A stretch of DNA of 48,373 nt from Bacteroidota bacterium. Its GTDB lineage: Bacteria > Bacteroidota > Bacteroidia > 2-12-FULL-35-15. A program made the translations under genes and the position numbers. Below, in pieces: positions 1-10,500 of the stretch. Each line of letters starts with the position of its first letter. The first letter of the stretch is position 1. Under the pieces are notes generated by a model, which saw nothing but the letters and a program-made list of their open reading frames with translations, made no database searches and was not told the origin of the DNA. The stretch spans positions 1 through 48,373 of the forward strand of contig CANCPZ010000001.1 of NCBI GenBank assembly GCA_947380175.1. Direction: 5' to 3'.

Positions 1-153
1 AAATGTATCAAAATTTGAAACTAAAATAAATTCCATTTTGCAAGAAATAGCTTGGACTTTACGTTAGAAAAAACATTTATTAACAAACTATCAATACTGA
101 AATTAAGAATAACAATAATTCCTATTTTTGTGTTTACGATTTTAAAATATACT

Positions 154-1677
154 ATGAGCGGATTGAAAAAGATTAAGAATGCATTGATTTCAGTGTATTA
201 TAAAGATAATTTGGAACCTATTATTCATCAACTAAATGCATTAGGTGTAAAAATATATAGTACAGGTGGCACACAAGAGTTTATTGAACAGCTTGGAGTA
301 TCAGTAACTCCAGTTGAATCATTAACATCATACCCTTCCATTTTAGGTGGTAGAGTTAAAACATTACACCCAAAAATATTTGGCGGAATACTTAGTAGAC
401 GTGAATTACAAAGTGATATTGACCAATTGGAAGAATATGAAATTCCTGAAATAGATTTAGTAATAGTTGATTTATATCCCTTTGAAGAGACTGTGGCTTC
501 AGCCGCTTCCGAACAATCTATTATTGAAAAAATTGATATCGGCGGTATTTCATTGATTCGTGCAGCAGCAAAAAACTATGCGGATGTAGTAATTATTCCA
601 TCAAAAAATGAATACGCCACGCTTTTAACAATTTTAACCGAAGGCAATGGTTTTTCAACTTTAATTGAACGTAAATTGTTTGCAGGATCTGCGTTTAATG
701 TTTCCTCGCATTACGATACAGCTATTTTTAATTATTTTAATGCAAACACTAACAATGTTTTTAAACAAAGTATTCAGCAGTCAAAAGTATTACGTTATGG
801 CGAAAACCCTCACCAAAAAGGGGTTTTTTATGGCAATTTAAATGAATTGTTTACCCAATTCAATGGGAAAGAATTATCGTATAACAACTTATTGGATGTA
901 GATGCTGCAGTTACTTTAATTGCAGAGTTTAAGGATACAACATTTGCCATTTTAAAACACAATAATGCATGCGGTTTGGCATCTCGTACAAATTTAGTTG
1001 ATGCTTGGAAAGATTCATTAGCAGGAGACCCAACAAGTGCATTTGGTGGGGTGTTAATTACAAATACCGATTTAGATTTAGCAACTGCAGAAGAGATAAA
1101 CAAATTATTTTTTGAAGTAATCATTGCTCCAAGTTACGATGAAAAAGCATTAGCAATTTTGAAATCAAAGCCTAATCGTATTATACTTCAACAAAAAAAA
1201 GTTTCTTTTGCTCCCAAATCATTCCGCACCTTACTAAATGGTGTAATTGAACAAGACAAAGATTTGAAAACAGAAACAGTAGCGGATATGCAAACCATTA
1301 CAAAAACAGCTCCAACAGCTAACGAAATGGTTGATTTAGAGTTCGCAAATAAATTAGTTAAGCATACCAAATCAAATACCATTGTGTTTGCAAAAAATAA
1401 AACATTACTTGCAAGTGGTGTTGGACAAACATCGCGTGTTGATGCATTAAAACAAGCAATTGTAAAAGCTGAAAATTTTGGCTTTAACCTAAAAGGGGCT
1501 GTAATGGCTTCGGATGCATTTTTTCCTTTTCCTGATTGTGTCGAAATTGCTCACAACGCAGGAATTACAGCCGTTATTCAGCCAGGCGGTTCAATTAAAG
1601 ATAAAGATTCTATTGCCTATTGTGATGCAAACGGAATGGCAATGGTAATGACAGGTACAAGACATTTTAAACATTAA
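154..1677 (+). CDS. purH: Bifunctional AICAR formyltransferase / IMP cyclohydrolase
   Basis: The track ORF 52..1677 was trimmed to the first ATG (MSGLKKIKNALISVYYKD). The 34 upstream codons start at TTG and form a hydrophobic, non-PurH extension. The protein has an MGS-like N-domain (YSTGGT) and the C-terminal IQPGGSIKD...MTGTRHFKH ending typical of PurH. Confidence 0.93.
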   Translation: MSGLKKIKNALISVYYKDNLEPIIHQLNALGVKIYSTGGTQEFIEQLGVSVTPVESLTSYPSILGGRVKTLHPKIFGGILSRRELQSDIDQLEEYEIPEIDLVIVDLYPFEETVASAASEQSIIEKIDIGGISLIRAAAKNYADVVIIPSKNEYATLLTILTEGNGFSTLIERKLFAGSAFNVSSHYDTAIFNYFNANTNNVFKQSIQQSKVLRYGENPHQKGVFYGNLNELFTQFNGKELSYNNLLDVDAAVTLIAEFKDTTFAILKHNNACGLASRTNLVDAWKDSLAGDPTSAFGGVLITNTDLDLATAEEINKLFFEVIIAPSYDEKALAILKSKPNRIILQQKKVSFAPKSFRTLLNGVIEQDKDLKTETVADMQTITKTAPTANEMVDLEFANKLVKHTKSNTIVFAKNKTLLASGVGQTSRVDALKQAIVKAENFGFNLKGAVMASDAFFPFPDCVEIAHNAGITAVIQPGGSIKDKDSIAYCDANGMAMVMTGTRHFKH

Positions 1678-1728
1678 TAAATTAGGATTAAGGATGAGAC
1701 CTTAGTTCAAAACAAAATTATTTTACTG

Positions 1729-1759
1729 ATTGAGAAATTTCAACACTAAATTTCTCAAT
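1729..1759 (+). other. 12-bp AT-rich hairpin in the purH-mreB spacer (weak terminator or mreB leader structure)
   Basis: The sequence is ATTGAGAAATTT-CAACACT-AAATTTCTCAAT. No U-run follows. An outer 8-nt complement exists (TTAGGATT at 1682-1689 with AATCCTAA at 1757-1764). Confidence 0.3.
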
Positions 1760-1779
1760 CCTAAATCTAAAAATCGAAA

Positions 1780-2802
1780 ATGGGTTTATTTAACTTTTTA
1801 ACACAAGAAATTGCAATCGACTTAGGAACAGCGAACACGCTGATAATATATAATGACAAAGTGGTTGTTGACGAGCCGTCGATTGTAGCTGTAGACCGGA
1901 TGACAGGCAAAGTAATTGCAGTTGGAAAGCGGGCAATGCAAATGCATGGTAAAACGCATGAGAACATAAAAACCATTCGCCCCTTAAAAGACGGAGTAAT
2001 TGCGGATTTCCACGCTGCAGAGCATATGATTCGAGGAATGATAAAAATGATTAACCCTGGGAAACGTTTATTTACACCTTCTTTGAAAATGGTAATTTGT
2101 ATCCCATCAGGCATCACAGAAGTTGAAAAACGTGCAGTTCGTGATAGTGCTGAACATGCAGGAGGTAAAGAAGTGTATTTGATTCATGAACCAATGGCTG
2201 CAGCAATTGGTATTGGCATTGATGTTGAAGAACCAATGGGAAATATGATTATTGATATTGGTGGTGGAACAAGCGAAATTGCCGTTATTGCTTTGGGCGG
2301 TATTGTTTGTGATAAATCAATACGAATTGCGGGCGACGAGTTTACTTCGAACATTGAAGAATACATGCGAAGACAGCATAATATTTTAATTGGTGAACGC
2401 TCTGCTGAACGAGTAAAAATTGAAGTAGGCGCAGCAATGGCCGAAATTGACAATCCTCCGCCAGATTATGCTGTACACGGAAGAGATTTGATGACTGGTA
2501 TTCCAAAAGAGATTTATGTTTCATATGTTGAAATTGCTCACGCACTTGATAAATCGATTGCAAAAGTAGAAGAGGCTATTTTAAATGCGTTGGAAATGAC
2601 TCCACCAGAGCTTTCTGCAGATATTTACAGAACAGGAATTTATTTAGCAGGAGGAGGTTCTATGCTTCGTGGTTTAGATAAGCGTATTTCGTTAAAGACT
2701 AAACTGCCTGTGCACATTGCTGAAGACCCATTGCGCGCTGTAGCTCGCGGTACGGGTATTGCACTAAAAAATGTAAGCAGATTCCCATTCTTGATGAAAT
2801 AA
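1780..2802 (+). CDS. mreB: Rod shape-determining actin-like protein MreB
   Basis: Actin-fold motifs IDLGTANT, DIGGGTSEIAV and LAGGGSMLRGL are present. The protein is 340 aa and the gene is followed by mreC and mreD. Confidence 0.96.
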   Translation: MGLFNFLTQEIAIDLGTANTLIIYNDKVVVDEPSIVAVDRMTGKVIAVGKRAMQMHGKTHENIKTIRPLKDGVIADFHAAEHMIRGMIKMINPGKRLFTPSLKMVICIPSGITEVEKRAVRDSAEHAGGKEVYLIHEPMAAAIGIGIDVEEPMGNMIIDIGGGTSEIAVIALGGIVCDKSIRIAGDEFTSNIEEYMRRQHNILIGERSAERVKIEVGAAMAEIDNPPPDYAVHGRDLMTGIPKEIYVSYVEIAHALDKSIAKVEEAILNALEMTPPELSADIYRTGIYLAGGGSMLRGLDKRISLKTKLPVHIAEDPLRAVARGTGIALKNVSRFPFLMK

Positions 2803-2912
2803 TTTTTTAAAAGTTGTTAAATTGTTTTCTTCCCTTATTATTTTATTAAAATGGAAAGCTTGTTAAGTGATAATAAAAACAAAATAACCATTTAAAATAA
2901 AATCATTTAACA

Positions 2913-3776
2913 ATGAGAAATCTCGTCACATTTATTTGGAAACATTCTTTTTTTGCCCTGTTTCTTATACTAGAATCAGTGTGTATGTATTTAGTAGTTC
3001 AAAACAATAATTTTCAACGTGCAAGTTTCATCAATTCATCTAACCAAGTTTCTGCATCAGTTCTAACAACATCAAAAAACATTGAAGATTATTTTTTATT
3101 GAAAGATGAAAATGAAAAATTAGCTACTGAAAATGCCCAATTACGTGCTCATTTAAAAGAATCGATATCTGCAATTGTAAATGATTTGGACTCATCAAAA
3201 ACGGAATATATTGATCCTATAAAAAAAACAATTTATCGTCAAAAATACACCTATACAAGCGCCAAGGTGGTGAACAACTCCACTAATAGAAGAAATAATT
3301 TTTTAACGCTCAATAAGGGATCAAAACAAGGAGTTAAAAAAAACATGGCCGTAATTACCAATACGGGAGTTGTTGGTCAGGTAAAAGAAGTTTCTGAAAA
3401 TTTTTGTACGGTAATGTCTTTATTGCATAGCGCAACAACAATAAATGTATTATTAAAAAAAGATGGCTCTTTTGGACCATTGCATTGGGATGGAGAAGAT
3501 TTTAGTTTTGCTACATTAAGCGATATTCCAACGCATGTAAAATTAATACAAGGCGACACAGTGGTTACAAGCCCTTATTCAACTACATTTCCAGAGAACA
3601 TTATGATTGGCACTGTTGATAGTTATGTGCAGGAATCTCGAAAACCATTTTTTACTGTTAAAGTAAAACTATCAACAGAATTTAAAAAATTAACATATGT
3701 TTACATCGTAAATAATATGTTAAAAGAAGAACAGGAAACATTGGAAAACAAGTCGGAAACAGATAAAAAAGAATAA
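2913..3776 (+). CDS. mreC: Rod shape-determining protein MreC
   Basis: It has an N-terminal TM helix, a coiled-coil segment (ENEKLATENAQLRAHL) and a beta-rich C-terminal domain. It sits between mreB and mreD. Confidence 0.85.
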   Translation: MRNLVTFIWKHSFFALFLILESVCMYLVVQNNNFQRASFINSSNQVSASVLTTSKNIEDYFLLKDENEKLATENAQLRAHLKESISAIVNDLDSSKTEYIDPIKKTIYRQKYTYTSAKVVNNSTNRRNNFLTLNKGSKQGVKKNMAVITNTGVVGQVKEVSENFCTVMSLLHSATTINVLLKKDGSFGPLHWDGEDFSFATLSDIPTHVKLIQGDTVVTSPYSTTFPENIMIGTVDSYVQESRKPFFTVKVKLSTEFKKLTYVYIVNNMLKEEQETLENKSETDKKE

Positions 3777-3777
3777 C

Positions 3778-4296
3778 GTGCTTACCGAAATTTTTAGAAA
3801 TATAATTCGATTTTTTTTACTTGTTTTAGTACAAGTGCTCCTTATTAAAAATATTGAGTTAGGGCGATTTATAAATCCATTTATGTATGTTTTATTTATT
3901 ATTATTTTACCTTTCGAAACTCCAAAATGGCTATTACTTTTTAGTGCGTTTGCATTAGGAATAGCAATCGACTATTTTTATGATACTGCCGGAATGCATT
4001 CCGCAGCATGCGTTTTAATGGCTTTCGTTCGTCCCGGAATATTAAAATTGTTTTCGCCACGAGATGGATATGAATTTGGAACACAGCCAACTGTCCAGTA
4101 TTTAGGTATTCCATGGTTCCTTTCTTATGCAGGCATATTAATTTTTTTACATCACTTTTTTTTATTTTTTATTGAGGTATTTCGCTTCTCCGAATTTTTC
4201 TCAACATTCTTAAGAGTAATCATAAGCAGTGTTTTTACGCTTCTTTTAGTTGTAATGGCACAATATCTATTTCAAGGTAAAAAAGAACAGGGATGA
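3778..4296 (+). CDS. mreD: Rod shape-determining protein MreD
   Basis: It is a 172-aa polytopic membrane protein. Its GTG start lies 1 nt after the mreC stop, and its stop overlaps the mrdA start (ATGA at 4293-4296). Confidence 0.8.
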   Translation: MLTEIFRNIIRFFLLVLVQVLLIKNIELGRFINPFMYVLFIIILPFETPKWLLLFSAFALGIAIDYFYDTAGMHSAACVLMAFVRPGILKLFSPRDGYEFGTQPTVQYLGIPWFLSYAGILIFLHHFFLFFIEVFRFSEFFSTFLRVIISSVFTLLLVVMAQYLFQGKKEQG

Positions 4297-6149
4297 ACCA
4301 ATTATCAGAGCGAAAAATTGTAATCGTTGGGGTTTTTATTTTGGTTGGTCTCGCCTTCATCACCCGCCTTTTTTATATTCAAGTAATTGACGACACCTAC
4401 AAACTTGCTGCTATTAATCAGGCTTTTCGCCCAACGACAGAATTCCCATTAAGAGGATATATTTTTGATAGAAATAATAAATTGCTTGTTTACAATGAGG
4501 CTGCTTATGATTTAATGGTACTCCCTAAAAACGTAAAAAATATTGATACAGTGGATTTCTGTTCTTTATTAGGAATTGAAAAAGATGCATTTATTAAAAA
4601 AATGAAAAAGGCTGTTCAAGCGCCTAACTCACCGCGAAGAGAATCTGTTTTCGAAAAACAATTATCACCAAGAGATTATGCCGCTTTACAGGAGCGCTTG
4701 TATCGTTTCCCTGGCTTTTGGGTGCAATCACGTACGTTGAGAAAATACCCAATGAAAATTGCATCCCACATGTTAGGTTATATTGGCGAAGCTGATAAAG
4801 CAATGACAGAAAAAGACCCTTATTATAAAGAGGGTGATTACATTGGTATTAGTGGTGTTGAGAAGACGTATGAAAAAGTATTACGTGGTAAAAAAGGCAA
4901 ACGCATTATGCTTGTTGATGTTAATAATCGTGATAAAGGTAGTTACATGAATGGGATATATGATACGGCTGCAATTCCTGGACAACCATTAACATCTACA
5001 CTGGATGCAGAATTACAGTTGTATGGTGAAATGCTGATGTTAAATAAAATTGGTAGTGTGGTAGCAATTGAACCACAAACAGGCGAAATACTTGCACTAG
5101 TAACTAGTCCAACGTATGATCCTAATTTATTAGTTGGACGCGAACGCGCAAAAAATTTCGGCAAATTATATCTTGATACAATTGGAGTTCCTTTATTTAA
5201 TAGAGCAACAATGGCATCTTATCCACCTGGTTCCACATTTAAATTAATGATGGCACTCATTGGGCAGCAAGATGGGGTATTAACACCAAACACAAAATAC
5301 CCTTGTTCCAGAGGTTATGCTCCAATGGGAGGGCACCCAAAATGTCACCCCCATTCATCGCCTTTGGATTTAACAGATGCTATTGGTCATTCCTGTAATT
5401 CGTATTTTTCGTATGTATTTAAAAGTGTTATTGAAAATAAAAAATATCACGGAACAGAAGAGGCATTTACAGCATGGAGAGATAATGCTTTGAGTTTTTG
5501 TATTGGAAAAAAAACAGGTTCTGATTTGGCGAATGAATTGAGAGGAAACTTACCAAGTATAAAATATTACGATAAAGTATTTGGTAAACACTCCTGGAAA
5601 GCTAGCACGGTAATCTCTCTCGGTATTGGTCAAGCGGAATTAGGTATTACCCCACTGCAAAATGCAAATGTTGTTGCAATTATTGCAAACAGGGGATGGT
5701 ATTACACTCCTCACATAATAAAAGCTATTGGAAATAACCCAAACGATACTACGCTTAACAGATTTAAAACAAAGCATTTTACAACCATTACAGATACTTC
5801 TATCTATGCTAATGTTATTCAAGGTATGAGCGATGCTGTACAAAGTGGAACGGCAGCAGCTTTAAAAATTGATGGTGTAGATTTTTGTGCAAAAACAGGA
5901 ACGGCAGAAAACCCTCACGGTAAAGACCATTCGGTATTTGTAGCTTTTGCACCAAAATACAATCCAAAAATTGCAATTGCGGTATTAGTTGAAAACGCAG
6001 GTTTTGGTGCTTCCTGGGCAGGTCCTATTGCTTCCTTAATGATGGAAAAATATTTAACAGGAAAAATAAAACGACCAGAATTAGAAAGAAAAATGTTTGA
6101 AGGTGATTTAATACATAAAACAAAACCGATTGAGAAAAACAAACAATAA
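4293..6149 (+). CDS. mrdA: Penicillin-binding protein 2 (elongasome transpeptidase)
   Basis: It has an N-terminal membrane anchor and the transpeptidase motifs S-T-F-K (PGSTFK), S-C-N (HSCNSYF) and K-T-G (AKTGTAE). The protein is 618 aa. Confidence 0.93.
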   Translation: MNQLSERKIVIVGVFILVGLAFITRLFYIQVIDDTYKLAAINQAFRPTTEFPLRGYIFDRNNKLLVYNEAAYDLMVLPKNVKNIDTVDFCSLLGIEKDAFIKKMKKAVQAPNSPRRESVFEKQLSPRDYAALQERLYRFPGFWVQSRTLRKYPMKIASHMLGYIGEADKAMTEKDPYYKEGDYIGISGVEKTYEKVLRGKKGKRIMLVDVNNRDKGSYMNGIYDTAAIPGQPLTSTLDAELQLYGEMLMLNKIGSVVAIEPQTGEILALVTSPTYDPNLLVGRERAKNFGKLYLDTIGVPLFNRATMASYPPGSTFKLMMALIGQQDGVLTPNTKYPCSRGYAPMGGHPKCHPHSSPLDLTDAIGHSCNSYFSYVFKSVIENKKYHGTEEAFTAWRDNALSFCIGKKTGSDLANELRGNLPSIKYYDKVFGKHSWKASTVISLGIGQAELGITPLQNANVVAIIANRGWYYTPHIIKAIGNNPNDTTLNRFKTKHFTTITDTSIYANVIQGMSDAVQSGTAAALKIDGVDFCAKTGTAENPHGKDHSVFVAFAPKYNPKIAIAVLVENAGFGASWAGPIASLMMEKYLTGKIKRPELERKMFEGDLIHKTKPIEKNKQ

Positions 6150-7401
6150 TAATATTTTTGATAATATTGATTGGGTAACCGTATTGATATACCTCATGCT
6201 TGTGATGATGGGCTGGATGAATATTTATTCGGCTGTTTATAACGAGGAACATTACATCATTACTGATATTAGTCAGAAGTATGGCAAACAAATGATTTGG
6301 ATTGGTACCTCGTTAATATTAGCACTGATTATTTTAATTATTGATGAAAATTTTTATACTGCTTTCGCCTATATTATTTTTGCTTTTTTTCTGCTAGCAA
6401 ACATCGCTGTTCCTTTTCTTGGAAGAGAAGTAAAAGGAAGCCGATCATGGTTTAGGTTTGGTGATTTTGGTATACAACCTGCCGAATTTATGAAGTTTGC
6501 AACCAACCTTGCCATTGCAAAATTTTTGGGTAATCAACACATAAAAATAGCAGATTATAAAAATACATTTGTTACACTTCTTATAATTGGGATTCCATTA
6601 ATTGTAATTAAAATATTGCAAGACGAAACTGGATTAGCAATTGTTTTTATCGCCTTTATTTTTACACTTTACAGAGAAGGGTTATCTGTAAATTATTTGC
6701 TACTCGGTTTTTTAGCCATTGTACTTTTTATTTTGGCACTATTGGTCAACAATATTTATTTATTTGTAATAATAGGTACTTTATGTGCTATTGCCTTATT
6801 GGTTTCAAGACGCAATAAAACCAGCTTATTTGTTATTGCAGTAGCAGGTCTTTTATCATGTAGTATGGTAAAAGGTACGAGTTACGTTTATGAACATATG
6901 GAAGCGCATCAAAAAGTAAGAATAGATGTTTTGCTAGGTAGAGGTACAGTCGATTTGAAAAAAGAAGGATACAATGTAAATCAGGCTAAAATAGCAATTG
7001 GTTCAGGAGGTTTTTTTGGTAAAGGATATTTACAAGGAACGCAAACCAAATATGATTTTGTTCCAGAACAAGATACCGATTTTATTTTCTGTACAGTGGG
7101 AGAAGAATGGGGTTTTCTTGGAAGTTCCTTTGTAATTATTATGCAACTAGTTTTAATGATCAGATTGGTTTTTATGTCCGAAAGACAACGGTCACCATTC
7201 AGTCGGATTTACGGATATGGAGTTGCGTCTGTTTTGTTTTTCCACATGGCAGTAAATGTTGGAATGACAATTGGCTTAGCTCCGGTTATTGGAATCCCTT
7301 TGCCTTTCTTTAGTTACGGAGGTTCTTCGTTGTGGTCGTTTACAATCTTATTATTTATTTTTATTAAATTAGATTCGCACAGGTTGCAAATATTAAGGTA
7401 A
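6130..7401 (+). CDS. rodA: SEDS-family peptidoglycan glycosyltransferase RodA
   Basis: It has about 10 TM helices and the motifs IQPAEFMKF, PEQDTDFIF and PLPFFSYGGSS. The only in-frame start ahead of the conserved N-terminus (NIDWVTVLIYL) is TTG at 6130, 20 nt inside mrdA. Confidence 0.9.
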   Translation: MRKTNNNNIFDNIDWVTVLIYLMLVMMGWMNIYSAVYNEEHYIITDISQKYGKQMIWIGTSLILALIILIIDENFYTAFAYIIFAFFLLANIAVPFLGREVKGSRSWFRFGDFGIQPAEFMKFATNLAIAKFLGNQHIKIADYKNTFVTLLIIGIPLIVIKILQDETGLAIVFIAFIFTLYREGLSVNYLLLGFLAIVLFILALLVNNIYLFVIIGTLCAIALLVSRRNKTSLFVIAVAGLLSCSMVKGTSYVYEHMEAHQKVRIDVLLGRGTVDLKKEGYNVNQAKIAIGSGGFFGKGYLQGTQTKYDFVPEQDTDFIFCTVGEEWGFLGSSFVIIMQLVLMIRLVFMSERQRSPFSRIYGYGVASVLFFHMAVNVGMTIGLAPVIGIPLPFFSYGGSSLWSFTILLFIFIKLDSHRLQILR

Positions 7402-7584
7402 TGAGTATTTTAATGGAACAACCATAATATTATTCATAACAACCCATTCATTATACATTTATAGAAAATTCAATAACTAAACTCAGAATTAACTGTTTAA
7501 AAATATTGCAAAATTTTATTTTCGAAAATAAGACATAGGTCAATTTTGCTATATTTACGATGGAAAATCTAACAAGCAAGCATT

Positions 7585-10500
7585 ATGAGATTCAATTATT
7601 TATTTCTTTTATTTATAGCATCGTTTGCCAATGCGCAAGTATCAGATAATTTTACAGATAATGACTTTACTGCAAATCCAATTTGGAGTGGTGATGATTC
7701 AGTTTATACAATTGTATCCAACCAATTACGCTCAAACAAAACATTAACTAATTCAACATTTTATCTCTCAACACCTTCAATGTTAGCTAATAATTGCCAA
7801 TGGGAATTTTTGGTTAATTTAAAGTTTGCAACATCAGGCGCAAATTATGTAGATGTTTATTTAACTAGCGATCAGGCCGATTTAAAAGCAAGCAATTTAA
7901 ATGGCTATTTTGTTAGAATTGGTGGAACCTCCGATAACATTTCGTTATTTAAAAAAACAGCAGGAACCAGTTTAGCCCTTATTACTGGAACAGCAAGCAC
8001 TCTTACATCAAGTAGCAACAACATCATAAAAGTTAAAGTAACTCGAAGTGCTTCAAACATATTTACACTGAGTAGAGAATTTACAACAAGTACATTAATA
8101 GGAAACTATACCACAGAAGGTACCATTACAGATGCTACATTTACAACATCGTCAAACTTTGGAATTAGTGTAACACAATCTACAGCATCCTTTTTTCAAA
8201 AACATTATTTTGACGACTTTTATGTTGGTCCAATCATTACAGATGTTACAGCCCCATCAATTGTTTCGTCAACAGTAATTTCAAACACACAAGTTGATGT
8301 ATTATTTGATGAAAATGTTGACCAAACTTCATCACAAACACTTACAAATTATAATGGAAACAATGGTTTAGGAAATCCAATTATGGCAACGCGTGATGCA
8401 AGTAATTTCGGTTTAGTACATTTAACCTTTGCAACATCCTTTGCAAATGGCTTATCCAATACAGTTACAGTAACTAATGTGCAGGATTTAAATGCAAACG
8501 CAATAATTTCAACAACTACGATTTTTACTTATGTATTACCAGCTGTAGCAACATTTAAAGACGTAATTATAAATGAAATTTATGCAGATTTAAATCCATT
8601 AGTTGGTTTGCCAGCTTCGCAGTTTATTGAATTGTATAACAAAAGTGCGAATACCTATAATTTAAGTGGTTGGAAAATAAGCGATGCCTCTGGCTCATCA
8701 TCTGCTGTTATAGGCAATTATTTTCTTGCTCCAAATCAGTACTTAATTGTGTGTAAAGCAATTGATACCGCTATTTTTGCTGGGTTTGGAAACCACACAG
8801 GCACAAGCAGTTTTCCAACCTTAAATGTAACATCCGACAATTTAAAGTTATTCAATAATGCACTTGTAGCAATTGATTCGGTAAACTATTCCGACTCATG
8901 GTACCAAGATCCAACAAAAAAATCTGGTGGATGGTCGTTGGAATTAATTAATCCGAATTCAAGTTTTAATTGTGTTCAAGCAAGCAATTGGATAGCATCG
9001 AACAATTTAGCTGGCGGAACACCTGGAACACAAAACAGCGTTTATGCAACACAGATAGATAATATAGCTCCTGCTATTTCGAGTGTTTCAGCAATCGATG
9101 CAACTCATATTACTGTTTGTTTTAGCGAAGCAATAAGCGCATCGCAAATAACACTAGTAAGTAATTATAACATTAACAATGGAATAGGCATTCCAATATC
9201 AGTAACAGCAAATACTAGTTTAACGTGTATCGATTTAACATTAGGTTCTGCTTTAACTTCTTCAACAATCTATACAATTAGCTTGAATAATATTGCAGAT
9301 TGTTCGGGGAATACGTTAAGTACATCGTCAACAACTTTTACTTATTATACTGTGAAAGCGTTTGATGTTGTAATTAATGAAATTATGGCCGACCCAGACC
9401 CGATAGTTGGTTTGCCAGCGTTTGAGTATGTTGAGTTATACAATAAAACTGCATTCCCAATCAATTTGAATAACTGGTCATATTCGGCTGGTAGCACTAC
9501 TAAAGTGATAACAAACGCAGTAATTCAAGCCCACGGATATTTAGTTTTAACTTCTGCAACTGCAGCAGCGTCAGTAAATTATCCTGCAGGAATAAACTTT
9601 ACAACGTTTTCGAGCTTTACATTAACTAACAGCGGACAAACCTTAATTTTAAAAACACCGCAAGGTGCTTTAATATCAAGTGTTACATACTCTGATCAAT
9701 GGTATCAAGATGTAACAAAAAAGAATGGAGGGTGGAGTTTAGAACAAATTGACCCTACTAATCCATGCGCTGGAATGATGAATTGGCTTGCTTCTAACAA
9801 TGGTAATGGTGGTACACCAGGAACTATAAATTCTGTTAACGCTGCTAATCAAGATCACACACCACCACAAGTTACTCGTGTAAACGTTATTACACCCGAC
9901 AGCATTCAGCTCTATTTTAACGAACCCATAGATAGCACCACTATGCTCATTCCAGCTATTTATACAATCGATAATAGCATTGGTGTTCCAACAAATGTTC
10001 AGGCAATTGCACCAGATTTTATGAGTGTTAAATTAGCATTAGCCACTAACCTGCAAACAGGAACATACTACACCATAACAGTTAATAATGCATTAACCGA
10101 TTGTGTTGGAAATGCAATAGGATTAAATAATACAGCGCGTTTTGCTTTACCAGAAACCGCTTCGGCAAACGATATTGTTATTAATGAACTATTGTATGAT
10201 CCTAAAGCAGGAGGAGTAGATTTTGTAGAAATATATAATAGATCGAACAAAGTAATTGATTTAAAAACAATGACCCTATCGCAATACGACACTGTTACTA
10301 ATTTGTTACAAAGTGTACAAAACATTTCAGAGAATGGTTATTTAATTTTCCCGAAAGAATATTTGGTGTTAAGTACAGATGGCAACATCATTAAGAGTCA
10401 GTATAATACTACTAACCAAAATGCATTCCTTGATATGGCAAGCTTGCCTTCCATGAATATTTCGGGTGGAACAGTTTGTTTAGCATCGGGTATAACGATT

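Noticed and set aside
52-153. N-terminal 34-codon extension of the purH ORF starting at TTG (MDFTLEKTFINKLSILKLRITIIPIFVFTILKYT)
   Set aside because: The extension is hydrophobic and unlike any PurH N-terminus. The canonical PurH N-terminus begins at the ATG at 154. The extension is most likely just open upstream sequence.
828-2563. Antisense or alternate-frame ORFs inside purH and mreB (828..1124, 1188..1382, 1767..2117, 2184..2453, 2342..2563)
   Set aside because: They lie entirely within confidently identified conserved genes. Their products are low-complexity or hydrophobic with no recognisable motifs. Such ORFs are expected by chance opposite AT-rich coding sequence.
3377-7313. Short ORFs within or antisense to mreC, mrdA and rodA (3377..3559, 4943..5164, 5640..5843, 5915..6142, 6025..6291, 7107..7313)
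   Set aside because: They overlap strongly supported elongasome genes, and none has a family signature or its own promoter-like context.
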